A stretch of DNA of 64,000 nt, from positions 320,001 to 384,000 of the forward strand of contig CBFIAK010000001.1 in the NCBI GenBank assembly GCA_965660445.1, in the 5' to 3' direction. Shown here in pieces: positions 1-9,514 of the stretch (position 1 is its first letter; each line of letters opens with the position of its first letter). The position numbers were made by a program, and so were the translations under genes. Source of the stretch: Patescibacteria group bacterium. GTDB lineage: Bacteria; Patescibacteriota; Gracilibacteria; UBA4473. Under the pieces are notes generated by a model. It did not search any database, was not told where the DNA came from, and saw only the letters and a list, made by a program, of their open reading frames with translations.

Positions 1-183
1 GCGGTTTACAAAAAGAGCACATTGACTCATATTGTCTTGTGTGAACTGGGCAGTGTAATTAAAAATTTCCTTGTATTGCGGATGATTGATATCTATTTGC
101 ACTGGTATATTGGTTTTTGGGGAAGCAAAAACCGAACAAGGGAGTGCAAATAAAGCCAATAGGAGGATAATATTATTTTTCAT
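1..183 (-). CDS. Secreted protein, partial (runs off window start)
   Basis: ATG at 183; reads MKNNIILLLALFALPCSVFASPKTN...QCALFVNR, open to the edge; Sec-type signal peptide. Confidence 0.7.
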   Translation of the reverse strand, partial: MKNNIILLLALFALPCSVFASPKTNIPVQIDINHPQYKEIFNYTAQFTQDNMSQCALFVNR

Positions 184-187
184 AGGG

Positions 188-763
188 TTATTTTGATGTA
201 AGATCCTGATATGTTTTTTTATAGAAATCAGAACTGATTTTGTCTTTGTCGTATTGTTGCATTCCTTTAATTCCTGTTGGTTGTAGTGGAGGGTATGCAT
301 TAAATGCATCTGGGTTTTGTAATAATTCAGGAAAATATTTTTGGAGTGTTTCCGTTGTGAAGTAGGTTGTATTGTAGACATATCCAATGCTTTCAAGTTG
401 ATTATTTTCTATTTGATATGACTCGTTTGTGCTTTTCAGTTTATTGAGTAGATTCGCTGTTTTAAGGGCATTTTTAAGATTATAAAACTCAATATTGAGT
501 GATTCTATCGTCAATTTTCCATTCTCAGTTTCAGTAATCTTTGTACTCTGCCCATAACTTTTAATAAGGCTTTCGGTTTTATTCAGTTCTTCAATAGTGA
601 GCGATCGAGCTTTTCGTTCAGCATTGTCTTTTTCTCCATTATTCTCAATTTCTGTTCGTACTTCTTGTATGCTTTCTTGTGCTTGTTCAGAAGAAATAAA
701 CCCTTCAGGAGCATGGTTTTGAAAAATAAAAGAAGTTTTTGGAAATGCTGAAAAGTAAATCAT
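188..763 (-). CDS. Hypothetical protein
   Basis: 191-aa ORF filling the gap between neighbours; no recognised motif. Confidence 0.7.
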   Translation of the reverse strand: MIYFSAFPKTSFIFQNHAPEGFISSEQAQESIQEVRTEIENNGEKDNAERKARSLTIEELNKTESLIKSYGQSTKITETENGKLTIESLNIEFYNLKNALKTANLLNKLKSTNESYQIENNQLESIGYVYNTTYFTTETLQKYFPELLQNPDAFNAYPPLQPTGIKGMQQYDKDKISSDFYKKTYQDLTSK

Positions 764-881
764 AAGAAAATAAAATAAATCCCTTTATTATACATCAAAA
801 ACAAATGAAAATCAAGGAAGATATAAAAAACAAGAAAGAAATGATACTTGAGATTTGAATGATTTTTTCTAAGATAGAGCT

Positions 882-2690
882 GTGAAGAAAAAAGACCATG
901 TATTTGTGTTTACTCCCCAAGCCATTCCTCAAGATGCGGGGTGTTATATGTTTTATGATGAGAATGATGATTTGTTGTATGTGGGAAAAGCAAAGAATTT
1001 GAGAAAGCGAGTATCGAGTTATTTTCAAAAAACAAACCAGAAGAAGACAACCCATATCATGGTGTCGAAAATTCGACGCATAGAAACTCATATTACCCAT
1101 TCTGAAATAGAAGCTCTTATTCTTGAGAATAATCTTGTGAAGCAGTATATGCCTCGGTTTAATATTCGGTTAAGAGATGATAAAAATTTTGTGTATCTGC
1201 GTATTACAAAAGAAGAACGTCCTAAAATGGAAATTACGCGTCGTCGTCTCCAAGATAAAAGTACGTATATTGGACCAAAAACTTCTACAAAAGCATTTAA
1301 AAATGTGGTTCGGTTTTGTCAGAAATTTTTTCATGTGCGTATGGTTGATTCAGCGAAAGACTACTACCCCGATGTGATCTCAGGAAAATATGATATCGAT
1401 ACACAGACCTACCAACAAAATGTTGAACGTATGAAAAAGTTTCTCCAAGGACAAACAAAAGAAGTTGAACAAGAATTAGTAGAAACAATGATGAAATTTG
1501 CGAGTGAAAAAAACTTCGAAGCAGCTCAAAATATCAAGGAAACACTGAACGCCTTGCATGTTTCCACGCAAAATCAGTCAGTTACACTTGATGATTCAAT
1601 GGCTCGCGATTTTGTATCGTGTATCGAAAACGGGAACGAAGCGTATTGTGTACGTATTTCGTTTCGCGAAGGAAGACTTATAGACCAGAATGAAGTTGTA
1701 CTCAATAGCCCCAATGTTTTTGATGTTTCTGATATGTATGAAGCATTTTTGATACAGTTTTATGAAACCGTAAGTGATATTCCACGTGAGATATATATTC
1801 CAGTTATTCTCCCAAATGAAGAGTTAATTCAATCCTTCTTATGTGAAATATCATCACAATCAGTTCTAGTGAAGACTCCACAAAGAGGAGAGAAAAAAAC
1901 AATTCTTGATCTGGCTACAAAGCGAGCACTTCATTTTCAAAAAAAACAAGAACTGGAAACATTGTCTCGTGCAGAAAATTTCTCAAAAGCTCTTCCAGAA
2001 CTGGCACTTTCATTAAATCTTGAAAAGAATCTTTCTCGTATAGAATGTTTTGATATTTCTCATTTTTCAGGCGATTCAACCGTTGCGAGTCAAGTTGTGT
2101 TTTTAGATGGAACCCCAGCACCGTCCGAATATAGACGGTTTTCTATAAAAACATTATCAAATGGAAAAATTGATGATTTTGCGAGTATGAAAGAAGTTCT
2201 CTCTCGTCGATTTGCACGAAAAAATGATACAAATTTTGCAAAAAAATTTCCTGATTTAATTGTTATTGATGGTGGAAAGGGGCAATTATCGAGTGTCTGG
2301 AAAGCCGTTGAATCATTTTTAGAAACAGAAACGTTTCCAGATGATTTTGATCCGTATACTCAAATTATAGCGTTGGCTAAAAAAGAAGAATCAATTTTTC
2401 GTCCACATCAAAAAGAACCCTTGCTTTTACCGTTCGATTCGAGTGCTCTTAAATTGCTTCAGCGTATTCGAGATGAAGCACATCGGTTTGCTATTACATA
2501 TAACCGAAAATCGAGAGAGAAAAAAACATACATCTCAGTTCTTGATGAAATACCAGGGATTGGTGCAAAAACAAAAAAAGAATTACTCAAGAAATTTGAA
2601 TCAGCTTCAGGGGTCAAGCAAGCATCAGATGAACAGTTATTATTAGTATTATCTCAGAAACAGTTACAGAGTTTACGAAAATATATATAA
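882..2690 (+). CDS. uvrC: Excinuclease ABC subunit C
   Basis: GIY-YIG start (GCY...LYVGKAKNLRKRV), RIECFDISH, PDLIVIDGGKGQL, RDEAHRFA, C-terminal HhH IPGIG. Confidence 0.97.
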   Translation: MKKKDHVFVFTPQAIPQDAGCYMFYDENDDLLYVGKAKNLRKRVSSYFQKTNQKKTTHIMVSKIRRIETHITHSEIEALILENNLVKQYMPRFNIRLRDDKNFVYLRITKEERPKMEITRRRLQDKSTYIGPKTSTKAFKNVVRFCQKFFHVRMVDSAKDYYPDVISGKYDIDTQTYQQNVERMKKFLQGQTKEVEQELVETMMKFASEKNFEAAQNIKETLNALHVSTQNQSVTLDDSMARDFVSCIENGNEAYCVRISFREGRLIDQNEVVLNSPNVFDVSDMYEAFLIQFYETVSDIPREIYIPVILPNEELIQSFLCEISSQSVLVKTPQRGEKKTILDLATKRALHFQKKQELETLSRAENFSKALPELALSLNLEKNLSRIECFDISHFSGDSTVASQVVFLDGTPAPSEYRRFSIKTLSNGKIDDFASMKEVLSRRFARKNDTNFAKKFPDLIVIDGGKGQLSSVWKAVESFLETETFPDDFDPYTQIIALAKKEESIFRPHQKEPLLLPFDSSALKLLQRIRDEAHRFAITYNRKSREKKTYISVLDEIPGIGAKTKKELLKKFESASGVKQASDEQLLLVLSQKQLQSLRKYI

Positions 2691-2703
2691 TGATATCCGT
2701 ACG

Positions 2704-4059
2704 ATGGATACTCCAAAAGAAAATCAGTCCCAATATGAAGATAAAAAAGAGCTTATTCAACGTGATTTACATGTATTAAAGAGTTCTATCGTTCGTGATA
2801 ATACTCATGTGCAACAAAGGTTCCCTCAAATATATGATATTCGACAATTATCACCTCAATTACAACATCAATTTCAAGGTGGATTTGAATTACCAGAACA
2901 GACAACAAAACGATTCTTCGTGTACGAAAAGTTAAATCAGTGGGATGTGGCTTTTTTGTCACGTGTTCCAAACCTTCAGTTAAAAGTTACAGGATCAACA
3001 CTTGATCCATTACTCGCTCCTTTTGTGGGTGATCTTGAGGCTCCTCATATTTCTATGAAATCTTTGTTTTTACTCTCTACACCTCGACTTCATACATTAA
3101 ATGGAATGCCATATCGTACACCATTTCTTTCAACCAACGTGCGACCAATGCCATTGAAAACTGAATTTTTTCGGCATACTGGGACTAGTTTTTATCTCAA
3201 TAAGTATGCAAGCTCTATTGGAATCGAAACAGAATCACTAAAAAATATAGAGTCACAAATAGAATCAGCAACCGGATCATTTTTACGAGTTTGGTTAACG
3301 TTATCTTCAAAAGATAAAAATAAAAAAGGCGAAATTGAAGAAGGAAACCTTCTTCATCATGCCGATGGTACACCAAAAGAATGGAAAAACTTGGAAAAGA
3401 TGATCATTGATGTGCGTGCTTTACTAAACGCAGCAGAAAAAAGTAAAAAGAAATTAATACTTACTCTCCATAGTTCAGATTTATATAAATATCAATCAGA
3501 TTTCGTGACCGATCCTCAGAAACAAAAATTATTCTTCGAGAAAGACAAGGAATTTTTGCAAACTCTTTGGCATAGACTGTCTGATACAGAAAAAGAAACT
3601 ATTTCGTATATTGAGTTTATGAATGAACCCGATCATGTTTCAGAAGAAATTAATCATAGAGATGTATATCAATTTGTAGAGAAAGGTGTCCAAATGATTC
3701 GGAATATTACTCAGAAACCAATAAGTATCGGACCTGCGAAAATATATAATATGGGACAATGGACGCCATTATTACAACCAAATGATTGTTTTCAGGTTCA
3801 TTGGTATCGAGCCATTGAGGATCAATACGAGGAAGATCCTTATACGCAACTTCAGTATTCTATGAAAACAGCCAATGTGCCTGCAGGTTGTCGAATTATA
3901 CTCGGTGAAGCACAAGGAAATGTAGGAAATATCGATATTACGAATGAAGTTATACAATACAGTCGTCAAAGTGGGTACGATGGAGTATTGTTTTGGTTTG
4001 ATAACCGAAAAAACCCCAAATACACGAAACCATCAATACTTCCAAATCGTATCCCATGA
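2704..4059 (+). CDS. Glycoside hydrolase clan A (GH5-like) TIM barrel with N-terminal extension
   Basis: EFMNEPD acid/base motif, QVHWY, IILGEA putative nucleophile, terminal GVLFW. Confidence 0.6.
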   Translation: MDTPKENQSQYEDKKELIQRDLHVLKSSIVRDNTHVQQRFPQIYDIRQLSPQLQHQFQGGFELPEQTTKRFFVYEKLNQWDVAFLSRVPNLQLKVTGSTLDPLLAPFVGDLEAPHISMKSLFLLSTPRLHTLNGMPYRTPFLSTNVRPMPLKTEFFRHTGTSFYLNKYASSIGIETESLKNIESQIESATGSFLRVWLTLSSKDKNKKGEIEEGNLLHHADGTPKEWKNLEKMIIDVRALLNAAEKSKKKLILTLHSSDLYKYQSDFVTDPQKQKLFFEKDKEFLQTLWHRLSDTEKETISYIEFMNEPDHVSEEINHRDVYQFVEKGVQMIRNITQKPISIGPAKIYNMGQWTPLLQPNDCFQVHWYRAIEDQYEEDPYTQLQYSMKTANVPAGCRIILGEAQGNVGNIDITNEVIQYSRQSGYDGVLFWFDNRKNPKYTKPSILPNRIP

Positions 4060-4517
4060 AAAAATTTCGTCGTTTTCTTTTAAGTGGCTTTGGTATCGGG
4101 TATGCTCATCATGCTCCTGGCACATGGGGAACACTTGTTGCCTGTGTGATATTATGGATATGTCGATCGTATGGAGTCTCTCTTGAAGAACTTATAATAT
4201 CTATTTTTATAATCTGTTGTTTGGGTGTATGGGCTATTTCTTACGAAAAAAAAGAGAATACGTATGATCATTCTTGGATTGTTCTTGATGAATGGATTGG
4301 TATTTCCATTGCGATTCTCCCTCTGTGGCAGAATGGTTCTTTTCTATGGTGGGTGTCCGCGTTTGCTTTGTTTCGGATATTTGATATTACGAAAAGTGTT
4401 CTGCCTATAGCACAGTTTGATGCATGGCGTTCTCCATGGGGCGTAATGGGCGATGATATTGTTGCGGGTCTCTATACAGCGTTGATTGTCTGGGGAGGAA
4501 ACCTTTTGACTTTTTAG
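4056..4517 (+). CDS. pgpA: Phosphatidylglycerophosphatase A
   Basis: GxG..APGTWGT, IVLDEWIG, FRIFDI.K, GVMGDDIVAG. Confidence 0.93.
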   Translation: MKKFRRFLLSGFGIGYAHHAPGTWGTLVACVILWICRSYGVSLEELIISIFIICCLGVWAISYEKKENTYDHSWIVLDEWIGISIAILPLWQNGSFLWWVSAFALFRIFDITKSVLPIAQFDAWRSPWGVMGDDIVAGLYTALIVWGGNLLTF

Positions 4518-4557
4518 GAAAAAAAACGACAATTCGGATATATAATATGTCTTTATA

Positions 4558-5943
4558 ATGACTCGTATTGATATCAAAACCATCCTTAAAAATCATCAAA
4601 CATATCTTCACCAAGAAGTGCATCTTGAAGGATGGGTTCGAACCGTTCGCGATTCAAAGCAATTCGGGTTTTTAGAACTCAATGATGGAACATTTTTTAA
4701 AGGTATTCAAATTGTTTTTGAGTCTCACCTCTCAAATTTTGATGATATTTGCAAACTTACAGTCGGATCTTCGGTGCAAGTAAAAGGTGTACTTATCGAG
4801 TCTCAAGGTGGAAAACAGGCGGTTGAAATTCAAGCGAAAGAAGTACTCATATATGACGTGGCAGACGCAGATTATCCGTTACAAAAAAAACGACATTCGT
4901 TTGAGTTTTTGCGTACGATTCCACATTTGCGTTCTCGTTCAAATACATTTTCTGCTGTGTTTCGAGTTCGGTCAGTGCTGAGTCGTGCTATTCATGAATT
5001 TTTTCAAGACCAAGGATTTGTTTGGGTACATACTCCTATCATTTCAGCACTTGATTGCGAGGGTGCTGGAGAAATGTTTCAGGTAACAACATTACCGTTA
5101 GAAAATGTACCAAAAAAAGAATCTCATATCGATTTTCAGAAAGATTTTTTTGGTAAAAAAACAGGACTTACCGTGAGTGGACAATTAAATGTAGAAACGT
5201 TTGCGATGGCGTTTCAAAAAGTCTATACCTTTGGACCTACATTTCGGGCAGAAAACTCAAATACGTCTCGTCATGCAGCTGAGTTTTGGATGATTGAACC
5301 TGAAATGGCATTTGCGGATTTGCATGATTGTATGGATATGGCAGAATCATTACTAGTCTTTGTTGTGCGATATATTCAAGATCATCTTCCAGAAGAGGTA
5401 GAGTTTTTTAATCAATTTATAGAACCAACATTGAAAGAGAGATTGCAAGTGCTTACCAGCAAACCGTTTGCACGCATGACCTACACACAGGCTGTTGAAA
5501 TGTTGCAGTCATGTGGTGAGTCGTTTGAGTTCCCTGTGTCTTGGGGAATTGATTTACAGTCAGAGCACGAACAATATATCTGTAAAAAAACAGGGGTTCC
5601 AACATTCGTAACTGATTATCCAAAAGATATAAAAGCATTTTATATGCGTCGTAATAAAGACCAAAAAACAGTGGCTGCTATGGATTTATTAGTTCCCGGA
5701 GTCGGTGAACTTATGGGAGGGTCTCAAAGAGAAGAACGCCTTGATGTGCTTTCACAAGCAATGCAATTACATGGATTATCTGATGAGGAATACGGATGGT
5801 ATAAAGACACTCGTCGATTCGGGAGTGTTGTGCATTCTGGGTTTGGGCTCGGGTTTGAGCGATTAATTCAGTATGTAACGGGTATGGGAAATATTCGTGA
5901 TGTTATTCCGTTTCCGAGAACACCAAAAAATTGTGATATGTAG
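4558..5943 (+). CDS. asnS: Asparagine--tRNA ligase
   Basis: GWVRTVR OB fold, LTVSGQL, FRAENSNTSRHAAEFWMIEPE, GFGLGFER. Confidence 0.98.
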   Translation: MTRIDIKTILKNHQTYLHQEVHLEGWVRTVRDSKQFGFLELNDGTFFKGIQIVFESHLSNFDDICKLTVGSSVQVKGVLIESQGGKQAVEIQAKEVLIYDVADADYPLQKKRHSFEFLRTIPHLRSRSNTFSAVFRVRSVLSRAIHEFFQDQGFVWVHTPIISALDCEGAGEMFQVTTLPLENVPKKESHIDFQKDFFGKKTGLTVSGQLNVETFAMAFQKVYTFGPTFRAENSNTSRHAAEFWMIEPEMAFADLHDCMDMAESLLVFVVRYIQDHLPEEVEFFNQFIEPTLKERLQVLTSKPFARMTYTQAVEMLQSCGESFEFPVSWGIDLQSEHEQYICKKTGVPTFVTDYPKDIKAFYMRRNKDQKTVAAMDLLVPGVGELMGGSQREERLDVLSQAMQLHGLSDEEYGWYKDTRRFGSVVHSGFGLGFERLIQYVTGMGNIRDVIPFPRTPKNCDM

Positions 5944-5948
5944 GTGTA

Positions 5949-6464
5949 TTAATACCATACATTTTTGATACCCAACCAATAAGCAATACGGTTTGAAATA
6001 GTACTGAGCGTTGGTGCAAGAACCAAAAGAATAAGTGTGTCTATCCATGTGATAGAAATACCCCAGAGAAAAACAACCACTAAAGCACCAAGAATATAAT
6101 CTACCCCATCCCAAAAAAACCAAGACTCTCCTGGTTTTTTCCCTTTTCGTCGTTTTATGAAACTTTCAATAAGATCGCCGAAAAGAGCACCAAACCCTAA
6201 AGCGCTTCCATAAAGAAATGCATCAATCGGTGTGTTGAAAAATTGAGGAATCCACTGTCCTATACCCAAACCAATAATTCCACCTCCCAATATCGCTACA
6301 GTAAATCCTCGATAGGTTTTATGAGATCCAAACCATCGAGAAGAAATAGGTGTATTCCATCGAGACAAAAGAGGTACATGTTGTGCGAATACAGGAAGCG
6401 CGTTCGCAATCAACGCTGGAGAAAAAAGGGCAAGAAGAGTAAGGAAATGAAGTGCGAGAGTCAT
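5949..6464 (-). CDS. CDP-archaeol synthase (CarS)-like cytidylyltransferase
   Basis: ANALPV, FGSHKTYRG, GDLIESFIKRR, DxxDY; multi-pass membrane protein. Confidence 0.8.
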   Translation of the reverse strand: MTLALHFLTLLALFSPALIANALPVFAQHVPLLSRWNTPISSRWFGSHKTYRGFTVAILGGGIIGLGIGQWIPQFFNTPIDAFLYGSALGFGALFGDLIESFIKRRKGKKPGESWFFWDGVDYILGALVVVFLWGISITWIDTLILLVLAPTLSTISNRIAYWLGIKNVWY

Positions 6465-6470
6465 AGAAGT

Positions 6471-7022
6471 TTAGCGTCGAAGAAAATCAAGAAGATGGTT
6501 CATATAAAACCCCATACCAACATAAGCAATGATAATACCCATACCACATAAAAGTACAGAGAGATCTTTTAGATAGGTAACAGTTGGAAAAAGAATAGAG
6601 AGGAATAATGTGTGAAAAATAAGGACAAGGCAGGCAAATTTTGCTTTCCCCCACCAAAGAGCAGAAGTCACTATGTGCTGTGAAAGAAGAAAATTTTTAA
6701 TTCCGTCTACAAATAGATCCCGAATAAGAAATAAGACCACAATCCATGTATCAATCCATGGTGTATGTTGAATAATTAAAAAAAAGATAGTATAGGTGAA
6801 TATTTTATCAATCAGTGGATCAAATATTTTTCCAAACGAAGAAATAACTCTCCATTTTCTCGCTAAATAGCCGTCTAAAAAGTCGGTCGTACTCGCAATA
6901 ATAAAAAGTATATAGATCCATAAGAATTCTGGTTTTTGTGAAGAAAACAGTGGAATAAAAAGCAGTACAATAATGCCTCGAAAAAGAGTGAGTGCGTTTG
7001 GAATAATCGATTTCATTGCCAC
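6471..7022 (-). CDS. pgsA: CDP-diacylglycerol--glycerol-3-phosphate phosphatidyltransferase
   Basis: PNALT..R, DFLDGYLAR...SSFGKIFDPLIDK CDP-alcohol phosphotransferase motif. Confidence 0.88.
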   Translation of the reverse strand: MAMKSIIPNALTLFRGIIVLLFIPLFSSQKPEFLWIYILFIIASTTDFLDGYLARKWRVISSFGKIFDPLIDKIFTYTIFFLIIQHTPWIDTWIVVLFLIRDLFVDGIKNFLLSQHIVTSALWWGKAKFACLVLIFHTLFLSILFPTVTYLKDLSVLLCGMGIIIAYVGMGFYMNHLLDFLRR

Positions 7023-7034
7023 GAAAAAAAAGAA

Positions 7035-7529
7035 TTAAGAAATAATCAAAAAGTACGCAGAAAACAAAAATATCCAAAAAACAACAATAAGTTTTCGGCA
7101 TAGTGCGTGTTTCCACCAATCCATATACCCATCAATATGGAATGTTGCAAACGGATAAAATGGGCGATTTGCAGCTTCTCCCTTATGGGTTGGTATATCA
7201 AGCAAAATATGAGTTGTGTACCCGATAGCAAACCCCAAAATGAGCGGATTTTTGAGAAGAAAAGAAAGCCCATATAAGAAACCAAGAAACACAAAACTAT
7301 GTAAAAGGTAATATATTTTTCGTTCCCATGATGGATGATACGCATCTGGTCCGTCTTTTTTCATGTGTCGCCAAAGTTTCCAGTCTTTTTTACAGATTCT
7401 ATAGAGATAATAGGGGACTTGTGCCATGTCTGGAATAACAGATCCGAGCACGCAGAGTGCTTTTGCTGTCGGGTGTTCAACAAGTGTTGATGCTAACAGT
7501 CCGGTTGCGAGATGTGTACCAATGTCCAT
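7035..7529 (-). CDS. Membrane-bound metal-dependent hydrolase (YdjM-like)
   Basis: TH..., GSVIPD, HS, HILLD motifs. Confidence 0.7.
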   Translation of the reverse strand: MDIGTHLATGLLASTLVEHPTAKALCVLGSVIPDMAQVPYYLYRICKKDWKLWRHMKKDGPDAYHPSWERKIYYLLHSFVFLGFLYGLSFLLKNPLILGFAIGYTTHILLDIPTHKGEAANRPFYPFATFHIDGYMDWWKHALCRKLIVVFWIFLFSAYFLIIS

Positions 7530-7613
7530 GCCAAAAATATTACATAAATCACCATTATACTACGGAAAAAAAAACAGAAAACAAATTTTTTTGACTAAAA
7601 ATTGTATACACAC

Positions 7614-8024
7614 CTAAAGTTCATTTCTATTCCTCAAAAAAAGCCATTTCCATTTATCGATAATTGGGACTGATTCGTGTTGAATTTGTTGTTGTGTTCG
7701 ATGTTCTGTTTTTTGTGGAATAATATCAATATCTTCTTGAATCAGAATTAAAACCTCTTCTCCTTCTTGTTTTCGGTTCATTTGCATTTTTGCTTCTTTA
7801 TCTATTCGTTGTGGAGTTTGGAGGTATTCTAACTGTTTTTCTTTTTCGGTTATTTTTGCAAGGTTCTCTTCATTTTCAAGACGAATAGATTCTATTTCAG
7901 CGTTAATTTGTTTATTATCATACCAGAACGATCCCAAACTATACAAAAGCCATAAAATAACGAGAAAAAGAGTCACCAAGACAATAATATTTTGAGACGT
8001 ATATATGTTTTGGGGTTTCCTCAT
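7614..8024 (-). CDS. Septum formation initiator (FtsB/DivIC-like)
   Basis: Single TM, coiled coil, IDKEAK.Q.N....GE. Confidence 0.75.
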   Translation of the reverse strand: MRKPQNIYTSQNIIVLVTLFLVILWLLYSLGSFWYDNKQINAEIESIRLENEENLAKITEKEKQLEYLQTPQRIDKEAKMQMNRKQEGEEVLILIQEDIDIIPQKTEHRTQQQIQHESVPIIDKWKWLFLRNRNEL

Positions 8025-8287
8025 TGTTCAGTTTCAGTAGTATCGTCAGTATCAGATTTATCAGGAGACGGAATGTCTCTTGGAGGAATCTTTGTCATGA
8101 GTAAATCTATCTGAGAGAGGGTGAGTCTTTCTTCTGCTCGAAGGTGTGATATTTCGTATGTAATTTCGACACTATTGGTGAACACGTTTGAAAGTTGTAT
8201 AAACACAAAAATAACAACACCTAAAAAAACGGAAAACGTGAGCCAGTTTTTTAATCGTTCATTATCGCTCCAATCAAAGGGTCTCAT
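8021..8287 (-). CDS. Small bitopic membrane protein (possibly FtsL-like)
   Basis: One TM plus short helix; overlaps the DivIC-like start. Confidence 0.5.
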   Translation of the reverse strand: MRPFDWSDNERLKNWLTFSVFLGVVIFVFIQLSNVFTNSVEITYEISHLRAEERLTLSQIDLLMTKIPPRDIPSPDKSDTDDTTETEQ

Positions 8288-8389
8288 GCTAACGGCAGTA
8301 TAGGATATTCAAAAGAAAAAGAAAGACAAAACAGAGTATATTCGTATTGAATCCTTTCTTGAAATCATTTACACTCGAAAAAAAGAATT

Positions 8390-8923
8390 ATGAAACTTCT
8401 TGTGGGACTTGGGAATATCGGATCACAGTATCACAATACTCGTCATAATATTGGGTTTCAGGTTGTGGAACGTTTTATTGAAAAATATGCAATAGGACCA
8501 TCAACACATGAGCCCCGATTTTTTGGGAGTATTGCTTATGGTCATTGGAATGGAGAAAAAATAATTGTTTTAAAGCCTCATACGTATATGAATGCGAGTG
8601 GTAAATCGGTGCAAGCAGTGACTCAGTTTTATAAAATACATCCGTCTGATATCTGTGTTTTTTATGATGATATTGATTTGCCATTTGAGAGTATTCGTGT
8701 ACGTACTCAAAGTGGAAGTGGTGGACATAATGGAATTAAATCAATTCAACAGTGTATTGGAAATGATTTTTTACGCATAAAAATAGGAGTAGGAAACGAA
8801 CAAAAGTCAGTAATGGGAGCATCGGCATTCGTGTTAGGGAAATGGACGACTGAAGAGTCTGAAAAGCTTCCGAATATCGTTGAAAAAGTTATTGAAATGT
8901 ATGAAACTCATTGTGGTCTATGA
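8390..8923 (+). CDS. pth: Peptidyl-tRNA hydrolase
   Basis: LVGLGN, TRHNIGF, KP.TYMN.SG, GGHNGIKSI. Confidence 0.97.
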   Translation: MKLLVGLGNIGSQYHNTRHNIGFQVVERFIEKYAIGPSTHEPRFFGSIAYGHWNGEKIIVLKPHTYMNASGKSVQAVTQFYKIHPSDICVFYDDIDLPFESIRVRTQSGSGGHNGIKSIQQCIGNDFLRIKIGVGNEQKSVMGASAFVLGKWTTEESEKLPNIVEKVIEMYETHCGL

Positions 8924-9477
8924 TGTATTTATTTTCACGATTACGGCGTTCCATTGTGTGTAGAGAGAAAAACGAAGGTATGTATCCAATTGGTATTGTT
9001 TTTGATGCTGTTATCTGCCCTCAAAAAGGGAAGATAGAAGCATTGTGGGTAAAGACAAAAGACGGAAAACGATTATTACTTCCAGAAGATATTCGTGAAT
9101 GGGAGAATCAAAATATTATCGTTGTTGATTCAGAGTCTCGGTTGCAAGAACCGGAATCATTAACTGCGCTACAAACAGTGTTTAAGACAGAGGTGCCTCT
9201 TATTGGAGCTTCTGTTTGGAACCGTAATCAATACCAAGGGCGGGTCTTTGATTTTTTATTTGATCGGTATGGATTTTTTATTGAAAAAATATGGTTTCGG
9301 AAAGGGTTTTGGATTTTCGGAAAAAAACGAATGATTGCTCGGTCACATGTGGTAAAAATAAATGAAAAAGGTGTTTTTGTTTCTGATACAGTATTTAAGA
9401 AGATACAATCTACTGATATAGAAGCTCAAGAACCTCTTTCCTCTGAAGCAGAGGCTTTTAAAACAGATGAACAATGA
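8911..9477 (+). CDS. PRC-barrel-like protein (true start likely 8920-8923)
   Basis: Two G.V.D.xxD/P..G.I repeats. Confidence 0.55.
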   Translation: MWSMMYLFSRLRRSIVCREKNEGMYPIGIVFDAVICPQKGKIEALWVKTKDGKRLLLPEDIREWENQNIIVVDSESRLQEPESLTALQTVFKTEVPLIGASVWNRNQYQGRVFDFLFDRYGFFIEKIWFRKGFWIFGKKRMIARSHVVKINEKGVFVSDTVFKKIQSTDIEAQEPLSSEAEAFKTDEQ

Positions 9478-9514
9478 TTGACTTTTTAAAAGAAATGGCA
9501 AAAATAGCATCCGC

